A stretch of DNA of 63,158 nt, the filler included. It is 4 parts of 4 records of this genome, joined end to end, with 100 filler letters (N's around TTAATTAATTAA, not from the genome) between each part and the next. Parts side by side here need not be neighbours in the genome. Positions count along the whole stretch, not along the records: positions 9,965 to 32,782 come from DRR378314_45; 3 more parts are not named here. One strand, given 5' to 3'. Numbering within the stretch: position 1 is the stretch's first letter; each line of letters opens with the position of its first letter. Below are positions 19,791-29,362 of the stretch, in pieces. Position numbers and translations under genes: made by a program. The notes beneath the pieces are model-generated. The model searched no databases and was not told where the DNA came from. It saw nothing but the letters and a program-made list of their open reading frames with translations.

Positions 19791-20496
19791 TCAAAAAACC
19801 CATGTCCTGGTATGCGATGACGAAGTCGACGTGCGCGAAATGCTTCAGGAATATCTTGGCAAACGCGGGTACAAGGTTTCGGCGGCCTCGGGCGGAGACG
19901 CACTTCGGCAGATACTATCGGTCAACGCGGTGGATGTCATCGTCATGGATATCAACATGCCAAAGGAAGATGGTCTTTCGGTTCTAAGATCATTGCGCCC
20001 CGACGATACCACGCCCGTCATAATGCTGACCGCGGCAGGCGATGTGGTTGATCGCATTGTCGGGCTGGAAATGGGCGCGGACGATTATCTGGGCAAACCC
20101 GTCGACCTTCGGGAACTCGAAGCCCGGATCAAGGCGATCCTTCGGCGCGAAGCCATTCACGAGACAACGACCAAGGAAAACCCAGACATAAACGGCGCAC
20201 CCTTTGGCGAATTCACGTTGGATAAAGACGCGGCCAAACTTCTGGCGGCCGATGGGACCGAAGTTCAGTTGACAGCAATGGAATACAGCCTGATCAAGGT
20301 TTTCGCAGAAAACAAAGGGCGCGTTTTGAACCGGGATCAGCTTCTGGAACAGGCGCATGACCGATCCTGGGACCCATTCGATCGCAGCATCGATATCAGG
20401 ATATCCCGGCTGCGTCGAAAGCTCGAAACTAACCCGGAAAAGCCCGAGATCATCAGAACCGTGCGTGGCATCGGATATCTGTATGACCCAAAGTGA
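19783..20496 (+). CDS. OmpR/PhoB-family response regulator
   Basis: REC (CDDE, MDINMP, GADDYLGKP) plus winged helix (DRSIDIRISRLRRKLE, IRTVRGIGY). Overlaps the kinase stop. Confidence 0.95.
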   Translation: MDDQKTHVLVCDDEVDVREMLQEYLGKRGYKVSAASGGDALRQILSVNAVDVIVMDINMPKEDGLSVLRSLRPDDTTPVIMLTAAGDVVDRIVGLEMGADDYLGKPVDLRELEARIKAILRREAIHETTTKENPDINGAPFGEFTLDKDAAKLLAADGTEVQLTAMEYSLIKVFAENKGRVLNRDQLLEQAHDRSWDPFDRSIDIRISRLRRKLETNPEKPEIIRTVRGIGYLYDPK

Positions 20497-20633
20497 ATGC
20501 CCCTTTTGATAGTCTTCGTGCTAGAATAGATGTGGGCCACTGCCTATGAACCAGCATTTTGGCCCATTGTAGCGGCGCGAATGTCTGACCTGAGACACGC
20601 GTTGGAACACTGAGCGCACCGGGGTCAACCAGT

Positions 20634-21833
20634 ATGCTATCAATGTCCGAACTTCCCGAACTGGACTTCTCGTCGGAAAAATATCAAAAGCACCCGTTTG
20701 AAACTCTGGCCGAACTTGCACGCAAATGGCGCGTGGCGCGCAGTAAACGCGGTGTGGAAATTCTGGATTACGATCTCTGCCGCAACATGATCCTGGATCG
20801 CCGGTTTGGCACCGGGCATCCAAGATTGATGCATCTTTTGGGCCTGCCAGAAGGCCGCGCCTTAAACTACAAACGTGAATCCATATCTTTCTATAACCGG
20901 GGCGATAAGCGGCGCAAACTGCGGCAGCCGATTGCGCGCCTCATGAGCCCGCACGCCTCTGAGGCGTTTCGACAGGACATCAAAAGTGTAATCGCCGACA
21001 TAATTTCAGACATCCCGACACACTCAAGTGTCGACCTGATTGCGAGGCTTTGTGATCCCACGCCCTCGCGGGTCTATTGTTATTGGGTCGGTGCGAACAA
21101 AGAAGATGCATCCTACATCGCCAGAACATCACACACAGTTCAGCAGGTTCACACGCGAAATCCCGAAAAAACGCCGGAAATTGTCGAAGCGTTTGACAGC
21201 CTGCTCGATTATGCAGAGGCCCGTATTGCTGCAGCAAGAAAGGCCCCTACTGACAATTTGATTTCGGATTTGGTCCGTGCGGCAGACAATGGCGAGTTTA
21301 CGGATGACGATCTTCGGAACTGGATAATCAAACTGGCTGAAGCGAACACTGACAACTCGTCTCATCAAATTGCGAGCACCATTATCGAACTGGCCTCACG
21401 ACCCACAATCTGGCAACGGTTGGGCGAGGATCCTGACGCAATTCCAACCGCCGTGAATGAGGTTATGCGTATTCATCCGCGTTCGATCTCAACCTCTCGC
21501 GAAGCACTGGAAGATGTCGAGATCGAAGGTGTGCATATCGCCAAGGGCACGCCGGTTTTTGCAAATATCGGAGCCGCGCATTGGGATGAACGCTACTATC
21601 CAGAGCCTGAAAAGTTCTCTCTGGAGCGTGGTGGGCAACCGGCTCATCTGAATTTCGGGGGCGGCGTATTCTCTTGCCTGGGACGCTATGCGATCACGAT
21701 CGAAGTCGAAGAGGTTGTCCGCCACATGACAAAAGCCTTCCCACGTATCCGATTGGACAAGGCAGAATTCAGCCATTCACCCATGTTTACTGATGTGATC
21801 GAACTGCGCGCAACACTTGCCCCTTTTGAATAA
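20634..21833 (+). CDS. Cytochrome P450
   Basis: K-helix EVMR (ExxR), PEKF (PERF) and haem motif FGGGVFSCLG. The I-helix reads ANTDNS instead of AGxDTT. Confidence 0.92.
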   Translation: MLSMSELPELDFSSEKYQKHPFETLAELARKWRVARSKRGVEILDYDLCRNMILDRRFGTGHPRLMHLLGLPEGRALNYKRESISFYNRGDKRRKLRQPIARLMSPHASEAFRQDIKSVIADIISDIPTHSSVDLIARLCDPTPSRVYCYWVGANKEDASYIARTSHTVQQVHTRNPEKTPEIVEAFDSLLDYAEARIAAARKAPTDNLISDLVRAADNGEFTDDDLRNWIIKLAEANTDNSSHQIASTIIELASRPTIWQRLGEDPDAIPTAVNEVMRIHPRSISTSREALEDVEIEGVHIAKGTPVFANIGAAHWDERYYPEPEKFSLERGGQPAHLNFGGGVFSCLGRYAITIEVEEVVRHMTKAFPRIRLDKAEFSHSPMFTDVIELRATLAPFE

Positions 21834-21835
21834 GC

Positions 21836-21972
21836 CCTCCAATAAATCTGCGACATAGCTATCATTCGGGCATCGTATAGTTGGCGAGACGTACCAATTT
21901 GGGCAATGGCCGCATTCCGCACCACTACAATTTCGTTCGAAACCATCAATGCTTCTTTCTGATCGTACGTTA
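21836..21972 (-). pseudogene. Fragment of a MalK/PotA/FbpC-type ABC ATPase
   Basis: Hand translation gives TYDQKEALMVSNEIVVVRNAAIAQIGTSRQLYDA, then after a frameshift PNDSYVAD. Compare the family pattern THDQEEALAVSDxIVVM..G.P.ELY..P...FVA.F. Confidence 0.7.
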
Positions 21973-21990
21973 AATAAGCGCCCGTCAGAC

Positions 21991-22210
21991 CTAGGTCTTG
22001 TTGTTGCGGGTGTCATCGGAGCGCCGCCGTTTTTTTCGCTGGGATATCAATATCTGGGATTCCAAGATTCTTGGCCAGGCCGAGTCTGCCACCATGGACC
22101 CCGCTTAACGAATTTGCCTGGCCACAAATCAGCTTGATCCTAGTTGTCATTCTCGTTGCCCTAATGATAAGCGAATGGCTCTGTGCCAAAGTACAGGGGC
22201 GATCATTTGA
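21991..22210 (+). pseudogene. Degenerate 3' remnant of a PhnE/PtxC-type phosphonate ABC permease
   Basis: Frame-broken pieces LGLVVAGVIG, FRWDINIWDSKILG (cf. FRWDINIRESTILG) and AWPQISLILVVILVALMISEWLCAKV. Ends in a TGA overlapping the TTG start of the HAD gene. Confidence 0.72.
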
Positions 22211-23112
22211 CTAACATCTCGATAGAAGACGCGTTTGAGGCTTATGAAGCTGCGCGCCATCGTCTGCCGTCTGTCGCGGTAAAGGATCGGACCTTTCGTC
22301 GGGCAGGCACGCTTGAGGACATAGCCGAAGATTTTGATGTTTTTCTCCTTGATGCGTTCGGTGTTCTCAACATAGGCGAAACTGCCATCCCCGGCACACC
22401 CGAGCGAATTGCAAAGCTGAAAGCCATGGGAAAGCGCGTTCTCGTGGTCTCGAATGCCGCTGGGTACCCTCATGCGACGTTGATGAAGAAGTACACGCGG
22501 CTTGGCTATGACTTTGCTCCGCAGGATGTCATCACCAGCCGCGCGACATTGCTGGCTAACTTGAATTCCCAACATGACGTACATTGGGGGCTGATGGCCA
22601 CACCCAGCACAGGCCTTCGCGAACTGGAAGGTCTGAATTTGACCTATCTGGAGGAAGACAGCGCCCCTTATGACGCCGTCGACGGGATTTTGATGATTGG
22701 CTCTGCAGCATGGACCGAGGTGAGACAGGCATTGTTGGAATCCGCACTGCTAAAGCGTCCGCGGCCTGTATTAGTCGGAAACCCGGACATAGTAGCCCCG
22801 CGTGAAAACGGCTTTTCGTCCGAACCCGGCCTATTCGCGCATCGCCTTGCTGATCGAACCGGGGTGGTTCCGGAATTCTTTGGAAAGCCGTTCGGCAACA
22901 TCTTCGAATTGGCCCTCAAACGGTTGGGGTCTGTCGACAAATCCCGCGTTCTTATGGTTGGCGACAGTCTGCATACCGACATTCTGGGCGCTCGCGCCGC
23001 TGGCATCGCATCGGCGCTGGTTTCAGGTTACGGCTTTTTTGCCGGGTACGATATTGAAGACCCCATTCAAAAAGCAGGCATCGTACCAGACATCGATGTG
23101 AGCCGACCTTAA
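22207..23112 (+). CDS. HAD-superfamily subfamily IIA hydrolase (phosphatase)
   Basis: LLDAFGVL (motif I), VVSNA, GNPD, GKP and MVGDSLHTDILGA. A TTG start at 22207 is preferred over 22183 because it couples to the phnE remnant stop. Confidence 0.88.
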   Translation: MTNISIEDAFEAYEAARHRLPSVAVKDRTFRRAGTLEDIAEDFDVFLLDAFGVLNIGETAIPGTPERIAKLKAMGKRVLVVSNAAGYPHATLMKKYTRLGYDFAPQDVITSRATLLANLNSQHDVHWGLMATPSTGLRELEGLNLTYLEEDSAPYDAVDGILMIGSAAWTEVRQALLESALLKRPRPVLVGNPDIVAPRENGFSSEPGLFAHRLADRTGVVPEFFGKPFGNIFELALKRLGSVDKSRVLMVGDSLHTDILGARAAGIASALVSGYGFFAGYDIEDPIQKAGIVPDIDVSRP

Positions 23113-23250
23113 GGTCTGAGCGACGCGGCCCGCAGAGGTGGTTGTAGAGCCGCGCCGCGCAGGGTATGCAACTACGCCGCCGGCGATCGGCGAGTTCGCC
23201 GGAAGATACCGATCAACCGCCCATTCCTCTGACCGAGAGAAGCTAATTCG

Positions 23251-24375
23251 ATGCTAGACCTGACCCGCTTTCGCCAAGACCTGCATACGCATCCAGAGAT
23301 CGGCTTTGATCTGGACCGAACGCCACGATTGATCGCCGAGCAACTGGAACATGCTGGCCTTGAAGTTACGCGTGGTATCGGGCGCTCGGGCCTTGTTGCA
23401 ACGCTGCGCCGGGGTCCTGATGAAACGGCGATAGGGTTTCGTGCAGACATGGACGCGCTGCCGATTGAAGAGGCCAATACCTTCGCTCATCGTTCGCTCA
23501 ATCCCGGCATGTTCCACGGATGCGGCCACGATGGACACAGCACGATGTTATTGGGTGCTGCCCTGAGGCTGGCGGATGATCCGACGCTCGAGCGGACCAT
23601 TCATTTTGTGTTCCAGCCCGACGAAGAAAACGGAAACGGTGCTGCTGCCATGATTGCGGACGGGCTTTTCGACAGATTTACGATGTCGGCGATATTCGGA
23701 TTGCACAACATGCCCGGTATGCCACTTGGGCATTTTGCCACACAGGCCGGTCCGTTTTGTGCATTCGAGGACAATTTTGAGATCCAGATTCAAGGGCGCG
23801 GTGGACACGCTTCGATGCCGGACAAGGGGGTTGATCCACTTGTGACCGGCTCGGCGCTTGTTTTGCAATTGCAATCCATCGTATCGCGGTCGTTGCCTGC
23901 CAGCGAGCATGCAGTTGTTTCAGTTACCGAATTCCTGACCGACGGGGCACGCAATATCCTGCCCAGCAATGTGACTTTGCGCGGGGATTGCCGTGGGTTT
24001 TCAAGCGAGGTGTCAAACACGATCAAGACCCGTATGCGCGCAATTGTGGACGGTACGTGTGCTGCGCAAGGTGCCAAGGCAACACTGGTATACTCCACGT
24101 CATTTCGACCGCTCGAAAACAACGCTGGTGCCACAGCGACGATCGTCAATGCCGCCCACGAGGTCGGCTCTGTAGATGCCGAATATGGACGGGTGGGGTT
24201 CTCTGAAGACTTCGCGGAATTCCTGACGCATCGTCCCGGTGCGTTCATCCTGATAGGCAATGGAGTGGATGGACCTGCAGCGATGCCGCTTCACAATTCA
24301 TCCTATGACTTCAACGACGATGCATTAGAGCACGGCGTTGCCTTCTGGGTCAGGCTGGCCCACCAAGGCGGCTGA
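23251..24375 (+). CDS. M20D amidohydrolase (hippurate hydrolase-like)
   Basis: LHTHPE, RADMDALP, HGCGHDGH, FQPDEE, GGHAS, SEDF and LHN. Confidence 0.92.
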   Translation: MLDLTRFRQDLHTHPEIGFDLDRTPRLIAEQLEHAGLEVTRGIGRSGLVATLRRGPDETAIGFRADMDALPIEEANTFAHRSLNPGMFHGCGHDGHSTMLLGAALRLADDPTLERTIHFVFQPDEENGNGAAAMIADGLFDRFTMSAIFGLHNMPGMPLGHFATQAGPFCAFEDNFEIQIQGRGGHASMPDKGVDPLVTGSALVLQLQSIVSRSLPASEHAVVSVTEFLTDGARNILPSNVTLRGDCRGFSSEVSNTIKTRMRAIVDGTCAAQGAKATLVYSTSFRPLENNAGATATIVNAAHEVGSVDAEYGRVGFSEDFAEFLTHRPGAFILIGNGVDGPAAMPLHNSSYDFNDDALEHGVAFWVRLAHQGG

Positions 24376-24500
24376 ACCTCGCATAACACAAATACGCCAA
24401 GAGATCGTTCATTCAGGAAGCTCGAAACCTAACGAACTTGGCTGCGTCTGCCTAAGTTCGGCCCGACCGGGGAGTTAATCCGATCGGGTCTCTGCTTGCC

Positions 24501-25553
24501 TCAAAGACACTCGGCAAGTGTCTTGGCCATTTTGCGGATGACTTGCGGATAAAGCTCGGTTCCGGGTTCAATGTCAGACCCCAGCGGATCGATCACACCA
24601 GTATTGGCCTCTGTACCATCCAGGACAGTTGCAACAATTCCAGGGTTGAATTGTGGTTCAGTCAAAACGCAAGTCACGCCCTCATCCCTGATACGTGCCT
24701 GTATCTCCGCAATGCGGGCCGGGCTTGGGTCGGCGGCATCGCCAACCGAAATCGCACCTGAAGCCGGGAAATCAAAGGCGTCTTCAAAATACTGATAGGC
24801 GTCGTGGAATACGACAAAGTTGCCTCCTTGAACTGGATCAAGAATCTCAGTGACTTCGGCTGACAGAGCTGTCATTTCTTCGCGTGCAGCCGCCGCGTTG
24901 GCAAAATATGTGCCCGCGTTTTCTGGATCCGCTGCCGACAGCTGGGCGGCTATGACGTTCAACCAGTTTTCTGCATTTGCAGGAGAAAGCCAGGCGTGGG
25001 GATCATGATCACCATGCGCGTGCCCGTCGTCATGGTTGTCATGGTCCGCGTGATCATCATGGTCGTGATCGTCGTGGTCATCCGCATGCGCATGCTCATC
25101 ATCATGATCGTCGTCGTCATGCCCCTCGCCTTCCGCATGCTCATCATGATCGTGGTTTTCCCCCTTTGCATGATCATCGTGGTCATGCGCCTCGAACAAT
25201 GCGTTTTCACGAAAATCGAGCAGAACCGTGCCATCTGATTCAAGCAACGCCGTAACGGCTGCCCCATCGCTGAGCGTCTCGATAGCGCCTTCCATCCACG
25301 GCGTCAGATCTTCACCGATCCAGAACACCAGATCAGCCTCTTGCAGTGCAGCGGCTTCCGATGGACGCAGATTGTATTCGTGCGGCGACGCGCCCGCCGG
25401 TATGATCAGATCAGGTGCTCCAACCCCCTCCATAACACGAGCCACCAGCGAGTGGACGGGCGCGATGTCTACCGCTACTTTGGGGACGTCCGCCATGGCG
25501 GTTCCGCCAATTAACGCTGCGGTGATTGATAGTGGAAGAAGCTTTCTGGACAT
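24501..25553 (-). CDS. znuA: Zinc ABC transporter substrate-binding protein with long His/Asp-rich loop
   Basis: Start at ATG 25553 (MSRKLLPLSITAALIGGTAMAD, signal peptide). SPHEY, DPHAWL, FHDAYQYF and EPQF motifs, with a His/Asp tract at about 25000-25190. Confidence 0.94.
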   Translation of the reverse strand: MSRKLLPLSITAALIGGTAMADVPKVAVDIAPVHSLVARVMEGVGAPDLIIPAGASPHEYNLRPSEAAALQEADLVFWIGEDLTPWMEGAIETLSDGAAVTALLESDGTVLLDFRENALFEAHDHDDHAKGENHDHDEHAEGEGHDDDDHDDEHAHADDHDDHDHDDHADHDNHDDGHAHGDHDPHAWLSPANAENWLNVIAAQLSAADPENAGTYFANAAAAREEMTALSAEVTEILDPVQGGNFVVFHDAYQYFEDAFDFPASGAISVGDAADPSPARIAEIQARIRDEGVTCVLTEPQFNPGIVATVLDGTEANTGVIDPLGSDIEPGTELYPQVIRKMAKTLAECL

Positions 25554-25562
25554 CAGACCCTC

Positions 25563-25614
25563 TGTGTGATTGTATAACATTACGAGCGGCATACATGATA
25601 TGGAATAACATGAC
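25563..25614. promoter_or_regulatory. Two Zur boxes in the znuA / zur-znuCB divergent intergenic region
   Basis: TGTGAT-TGT-ATAACATTAC (25565-25583) and TGATAT-GGA-ATAACATGAC (25596-25614) both fit the TGTTAT-N3-ATAACA core. The second overlaps the zur start codon. Confidence 0.78.
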
Positions 25615-26122
25615 AAGTGAGACGCACCCTGATCCTGCTGACAAAAACGCACTGGTCGGATTTCATAAACACAACCACGAGAACTGCGTTGAGACTGCGA
25701 TGGCGACAGCCGATGCGCGGTGCAAGGAAGAAGGGTTGCGTCTGACCCCTGTACGGCGAAAGGTGCTTGAGATGTTGCTTCAAGAGCATCGCGCACTGGG
25801 GGCGTATGCCATTCTTGACGGATTGCGCGATGCAGGGTTTGGTTCGCAGCCACCAGTGGCCTATCGCGCCCTTGATTTCCTTGTCCAGAATGGTTTTGTC
25901 CACAAGATCGAGCGATTGAACGCGTTTGTTGCGTGCTCTCACCCCGGTGCGGCCCATTCTCCAGCTTTCATGATCTGCCGAAAATGCGAAGCGGTTGCAG
26001 AAGCGCAGTCAACCCCGGCCAAAGGCATCCTTGGCGCAGCCGCACGTGCAGTGGGTTTCGAAATTGAGCGAACGGTTGTAGAAGCCGAGGGACTCTGCCC
26101 CGGCTGCACTAAAAAGGCTTAG
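25610..26122 (+). CDS. zur: Fur-family zinc uptake regulator
   Basis: GLRLTPVRRKVLE, YRALDFL, CRKC and CPGC zinc sites. Start taken at ATG 25610. Located between znuA and znuC. Confidence 0.92.
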   Translation: MTSETHPDPADKNALVGFHKHNHENCVETAMATADARCKEEGLRLTPVRRKVLEMLLQEHRALGAYAILDGLRDAGFGSQPPVAYRALDFLVQNGFVHKIERLNAFVACSHPGAAHSPAFMICRKCEAVAEAQSTPAKGILGAAARAVGFEIERTVVEAEGLCPGCTKKA

Positions 26123-26124
26123 AA

Positions 26125-26865
26125 ATGACCTTGATCACCGTTGAGAATCTCAGCGTGCGTTATGGCGCAAATACCGTACTGCGCCATGTCGATATGGCGG
26201 TTGAAGCCGGAGAGATCGTTACCATCGTTGGTCCCAATGGCTCGGGCAAGACCAGTCTTTTGCGTGCCATCATCGGCGCGACCAAGCCGTCGGCAGGTCA
26301 GATCTCGTTGAAACCGGGATTGAAGATTGGGTATGTCCCGCAAAAACTGCATATCGATCCAACGCTACCGATCTCGGTTGAAAGGTTCATGCGACTAACT
26401 GATCGCGTTTCGAAAAAGCAGTGCGAGGAATCCCTTGAAATTGCCGGGGTGCCGGATCTTATGACGCGCCAGATGTCGCAGTTATCCGGCGGGCAATTCC
26501 AGCGCGTCTTGCTGGCCCGCGCCCTGATGAACCGCCCGGATGTTTTGCTTTTGGACGAAGCAACGCAGGGACTCGACCAGCCGGGATCGGCCGCATTTTA
26601 TCATCAGATCGAAAAAGTCAGGCGCGAAACAGGATGCGCCATTGTGATGATCAGCCATGAGTTGCATGTGGTCATGAGCGCTTCGGATCGCGTGATTTGC
26701 CTTAATGGGCACGTATGCTGCGAGGGGTCCCCGGCGGTCGTGGCGTCGGCTCCAGAATACCGGGCACTGTTTGGGTCCGGCACGGGTGGTGCGCTCGCCC
26801 TATATCGTCATGATCATGACCATGATCACGACAACTGTGAAACCTCTCAGGAAGCCGCAGAATAA
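26125..26865 (+). CDS. znuC: Zinc ABC transporter ATP-binding protein
   Basis: GPNGSGKT, LSGGQFQR, LLLDE, ICLNGHVCCEG and His-rich tail. Confidence 0.95.
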   Translation: MTLITVENLSVRYGANTVLRHVDMAVEAGEIVTIVGPNGSGKTSLLRAIIGATKPSAGQISLKPGLKIGYVPQKLHIDPTLPISVERFMRLTDRVSKKQCEESLEIAGVPDLMTRQMSQLSGGQFQRVLLARALMNRPDVLLLDEATQGLDQPGSAAFYHQIEKVRRETGCAIVMISHELHVVMSASDRVICLNGHVCCEGSPAVVASAPEYRALFGSGTGGALALYRHDHDHDHDNCETSQEAAE

Positions 26866-27671
26866 TGCTTGATGATTTTATGACGCGCGCAACGCTTGCG
26901 GGTATCGGTGTTGCTTTTGCTGCCGCCCCATTGGGGTGTTTTGTTGTTTGGCGTCGGATGGCATATTTTGGGGATGCTACCGCTCATGCGGCGATCCTTG
27001 GCGTCGCGCTTTCGCTGACCTTTCAAGTGTCGGTCTTTGCAGGGGCATTGGCGGTTGCGCTTGCCATGGCCCTCACCGTGACCATGCTGTCAGGGCGCGG
27101 TTATGCGATGGATACGCTGCTGGGTGTTCTGGCGCATTCCGCCCTTGCATTCGGCCTTGTCGCCGTTTCTTTTCTATCCGGCGTTCGCATAGATCTTATG
27201 GCTTACCTCTTTGGTGACATCCTTGCCGTTTCACGCACGGACCTGATTGTAATCTGGGGTGGTGCCGCCCTTGTTGTGGCCCTGATCACATGGCGTTGGT
27301 CCCACCTTCTGACTGCCACGTTAAATGAAGAACTGGCTTATGCCAGCGGCTTCAACCCGAAACGAGAGCAACTGATCCTGACACTGGCCCTAGCCGTAAC
27401 CGTGGCTGTCGCAATCAAAGTCGTGGGCGTTCTTCTGATCGCTGCGATGTTGATCATTCCTGCGGCTGCGTCCCGCAGTTTGGCGCGATCGCCGGAATCG
27501 ATGGCATTGATTGCCGCAGCAATCGGCACTTTTTCCTCTGCTGCCGGGTTAAGGGCCGCATACGTGTTCGATACGCCTGCCGGGCCATCTATCGTCTGCG
27601 TGGCCGCGATTCTGTTTGCCTGCCTCAGTTTAATCGGATGGCAGTCGCGAAACGGATCCAAGCACAACTAA
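26865..27671 (+). CDS. znuB: Zinc ABC transporter permease
   Basis: GCFVVWRRMAYFGDATAH, YLFGDIL, VGVLLIAAMLIIPAA and PAGPSIV. Confidence 0.95.
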   Translation: MLDDFMTRATLAGIGVAFAAAPLGCFVVWRRMAYFGDATAHAAILGVALSLTFQVSVFAGALAVALAMALTVTMLSGRGYAMDTLLGVLAHSALAFGLVAVSFLSGVRIDLMAYLFGDILAVSRTDLIVIWGGAALVVALITWRWSHLLTATLNEELAYASGFNPKREQLILTLALAVTVAVAIKVVGVLLIAAMLIIPAAASRSLARSPESMALIAAAIGTFSSAAGLRAAYVFDTPAGPSIVCVAAILFACLSLIGWQSRNGSKHN

Positions 27672-27976
27672 GGCCATTCGCAACCTGCCTATTGCTGTTT
27701 ATCGTCCGACGTTGATCAATCCCGCTATGGTCAGTTTATAGCCACGATTTCTTCCCGTGTTATCAGGGCGCAGCAAGCTTTGCACATCCTCGCCGAAAGA
27801 TACCAGCCAGCCAGTGAAGTAATCGTGGCTGACAAGGCCGGCACTAGGGTCATGAACATTCAGAAACGTGGCTAAGATGCTACGCAGATTAGTGATTTTC
27901 CCGCTGGCGCCGTTATCCATCCAGTGATGTGCGATTAAGACCGAAGCGGCCAGACCCTCTGAACTCTCTACCTATC

Positions 27977-29362
27977 TCAGAGTTTTATCACAGCCAATTT
28001 GTCTTGTGTCATGTCGTGCATGGTGTAGCCAATTCCGCCGGTGTTGTACCCGGATTGCCGACGACCCGCGAAGGGCATCCAATCGACCCGAAAGGCGGTA
28101 TGATCATTCACCATGACGGCGGTTGCATCCAATCTCTGTACGGCCTGCATTGCGGTGCCAAGCTTATCGGTGAACACTGCCGCCTGAAACGCAAAGGGCA
28201 GGTTGTTTGCAGTTTCATACGCCTGATCCAACTGGTCATAGCTATAGACACACACCACTGGCCCGAATATCTCGGCCGTTGAAACCCGCGCATCTGCTGG
28301 TGGGTTCAGAAGGACGGTGGGTGCATAGGTGGTCGGACCCAACCGTTTCCCCCCTGTCAAAACGCGTGCGCCACCCTGGACAGCCTCATCCACCCATTGT
28401 TCGACCCGATCAACTTCGCCGGGACGGATCAAAGGACCACAGTCTACGCTGGCATCACGGGCGTCGCCCACCTTAAGCGCCGACGCCGCAACTGCGAGTT
28501 GCTGAGCGACCTCGTCGGCCATTCCCGATTGGGCAAATACGCGCTGGACCGAAACGCAAACCTGACCGGAGTGATAAAACGCGCCCTTGGTCAACAAGGG
28601 GATCATAGTGTCAATATCAGCCGTCTCATCGACAATAACCGGTGCCGCGCCACCATGCTCTAACGCGCATCGCGTACCCGGTGCCAGCTTAGAGCGCAGC
28701 ATCCACCCGACCCGCGCCGATCCAATGAAAGAAAAGAACCCAACCCGCGCATCGGTGATCATTTGCTCGGCCACATCATTGTGGCAGATCGCAAGGTGGC
28801 ACCAATCCTTCGGCAGGCCTGCCTCGTGCAGAATGTCGACAAAGGCTTTGCAGGACAGCGGCGTATCAAGCGCCGGTTTGACAAGGACCGGACATCCCGT
28901 TGCAATCGCCGGGGCCACCTGATGCACGATAAGGTTCAGCGGATGGTTAAATGCGCTTGCGGCAACCACGACTCCGATAGGTTCGCGTTGGGTGAATGCA
29001 ATGCGGCCCGCACCTGCGGCAGTCAAATCCATTGGTATTTCGCGCCCGGTCATTTGCCCGATCTCATGGATACAAAGCTCGACACCATCAATGGCGCGCG
29101 TCACTTCGATGCGCGCGTCAACCAGGGGTTTGCCACCTTCGCTGGCGATCAGCATCGCCAGGTCTTCGGCGCGATCTGCCATGATCCGGGCAGTATTTTT
29201 TAGGACCTCAATCCGCCTATGGGCAGGTAGCCAAGCGCTTCGATCACGATGCAGACGGTGCGACACGTTCAACATGGCATCCACGTCGGACCACGTTTTG
29301 ATTTCGACACTTCCAATTGGCTCAAGATCAAATGGGTTCTGGACATCAAGAACGCCAGTCAT
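27977..29362 (-). CDS. NAD(P)-dependent aldehyde dehydrogenase
   Basis: FNHPLN, VKPA, FIGS, LEHGG, catalytic Cys in GQVCVS, EIFGPV and PFAG. Confidence 0.93.
   Translation of the reverse strand: MTGVLDVQNPFDLEPIGSVEIKTWSDVDAMLNVSHRLHRDRSAWLPAHRRIEVLKNTARIMADRAEDLAMLIASEGGKPLVDARIEVTRAIDGVELCIHEIGQMTGREIPMDLTAAGAGRIAFTQREPIGVVVAASAFNHPLNLIVHQVAPAIATGCPVLVKPALDTPLSCKAFVDILHEAGLPKDWCHLAICHNDVAEQMITDARVGFFSFIGSARVGWMLRSKLAPGTRCALEHGGAAPVIVDETADIDTMIPLLTKGAFYHSGQVCVSVQRVFAQSGMADEVAQQLAVAASALKVGDARDASVDCGPLIRPGEVDRVEQWVDEAVQGGARVLTGGKRLGPTTYAPTVLLNPPADARVSTAEIFGPVVCVYSYDQLDQAYETANNLPFAFQAAVFTDKLGTAMQAVQRLDATAVMVNDHTAFRVDWMPFAGRRQSGYNTGGIGYTMHDMTQDKLAVIKL

Noticed and set aside
24977-25267. Met/Ile/Val-rich and Thr/Met-rich ORFs
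   Set aside because: Alternative-frame shadows of the ZnuA His/Asp repeat.
25554-25853. 100-aa N-terminal extension of ZnuA in the ORF track
   Set aside because: It overlaps zur on the opposite strand and the Zur boxes. The signal peptide begins at ATG 25553.
27699-27920. 73-aa minus-strand ORF between znuB and the ALDH
   Set aside because: No recognisable motif or RBS. It may be a remnant, but I cannot support a call.
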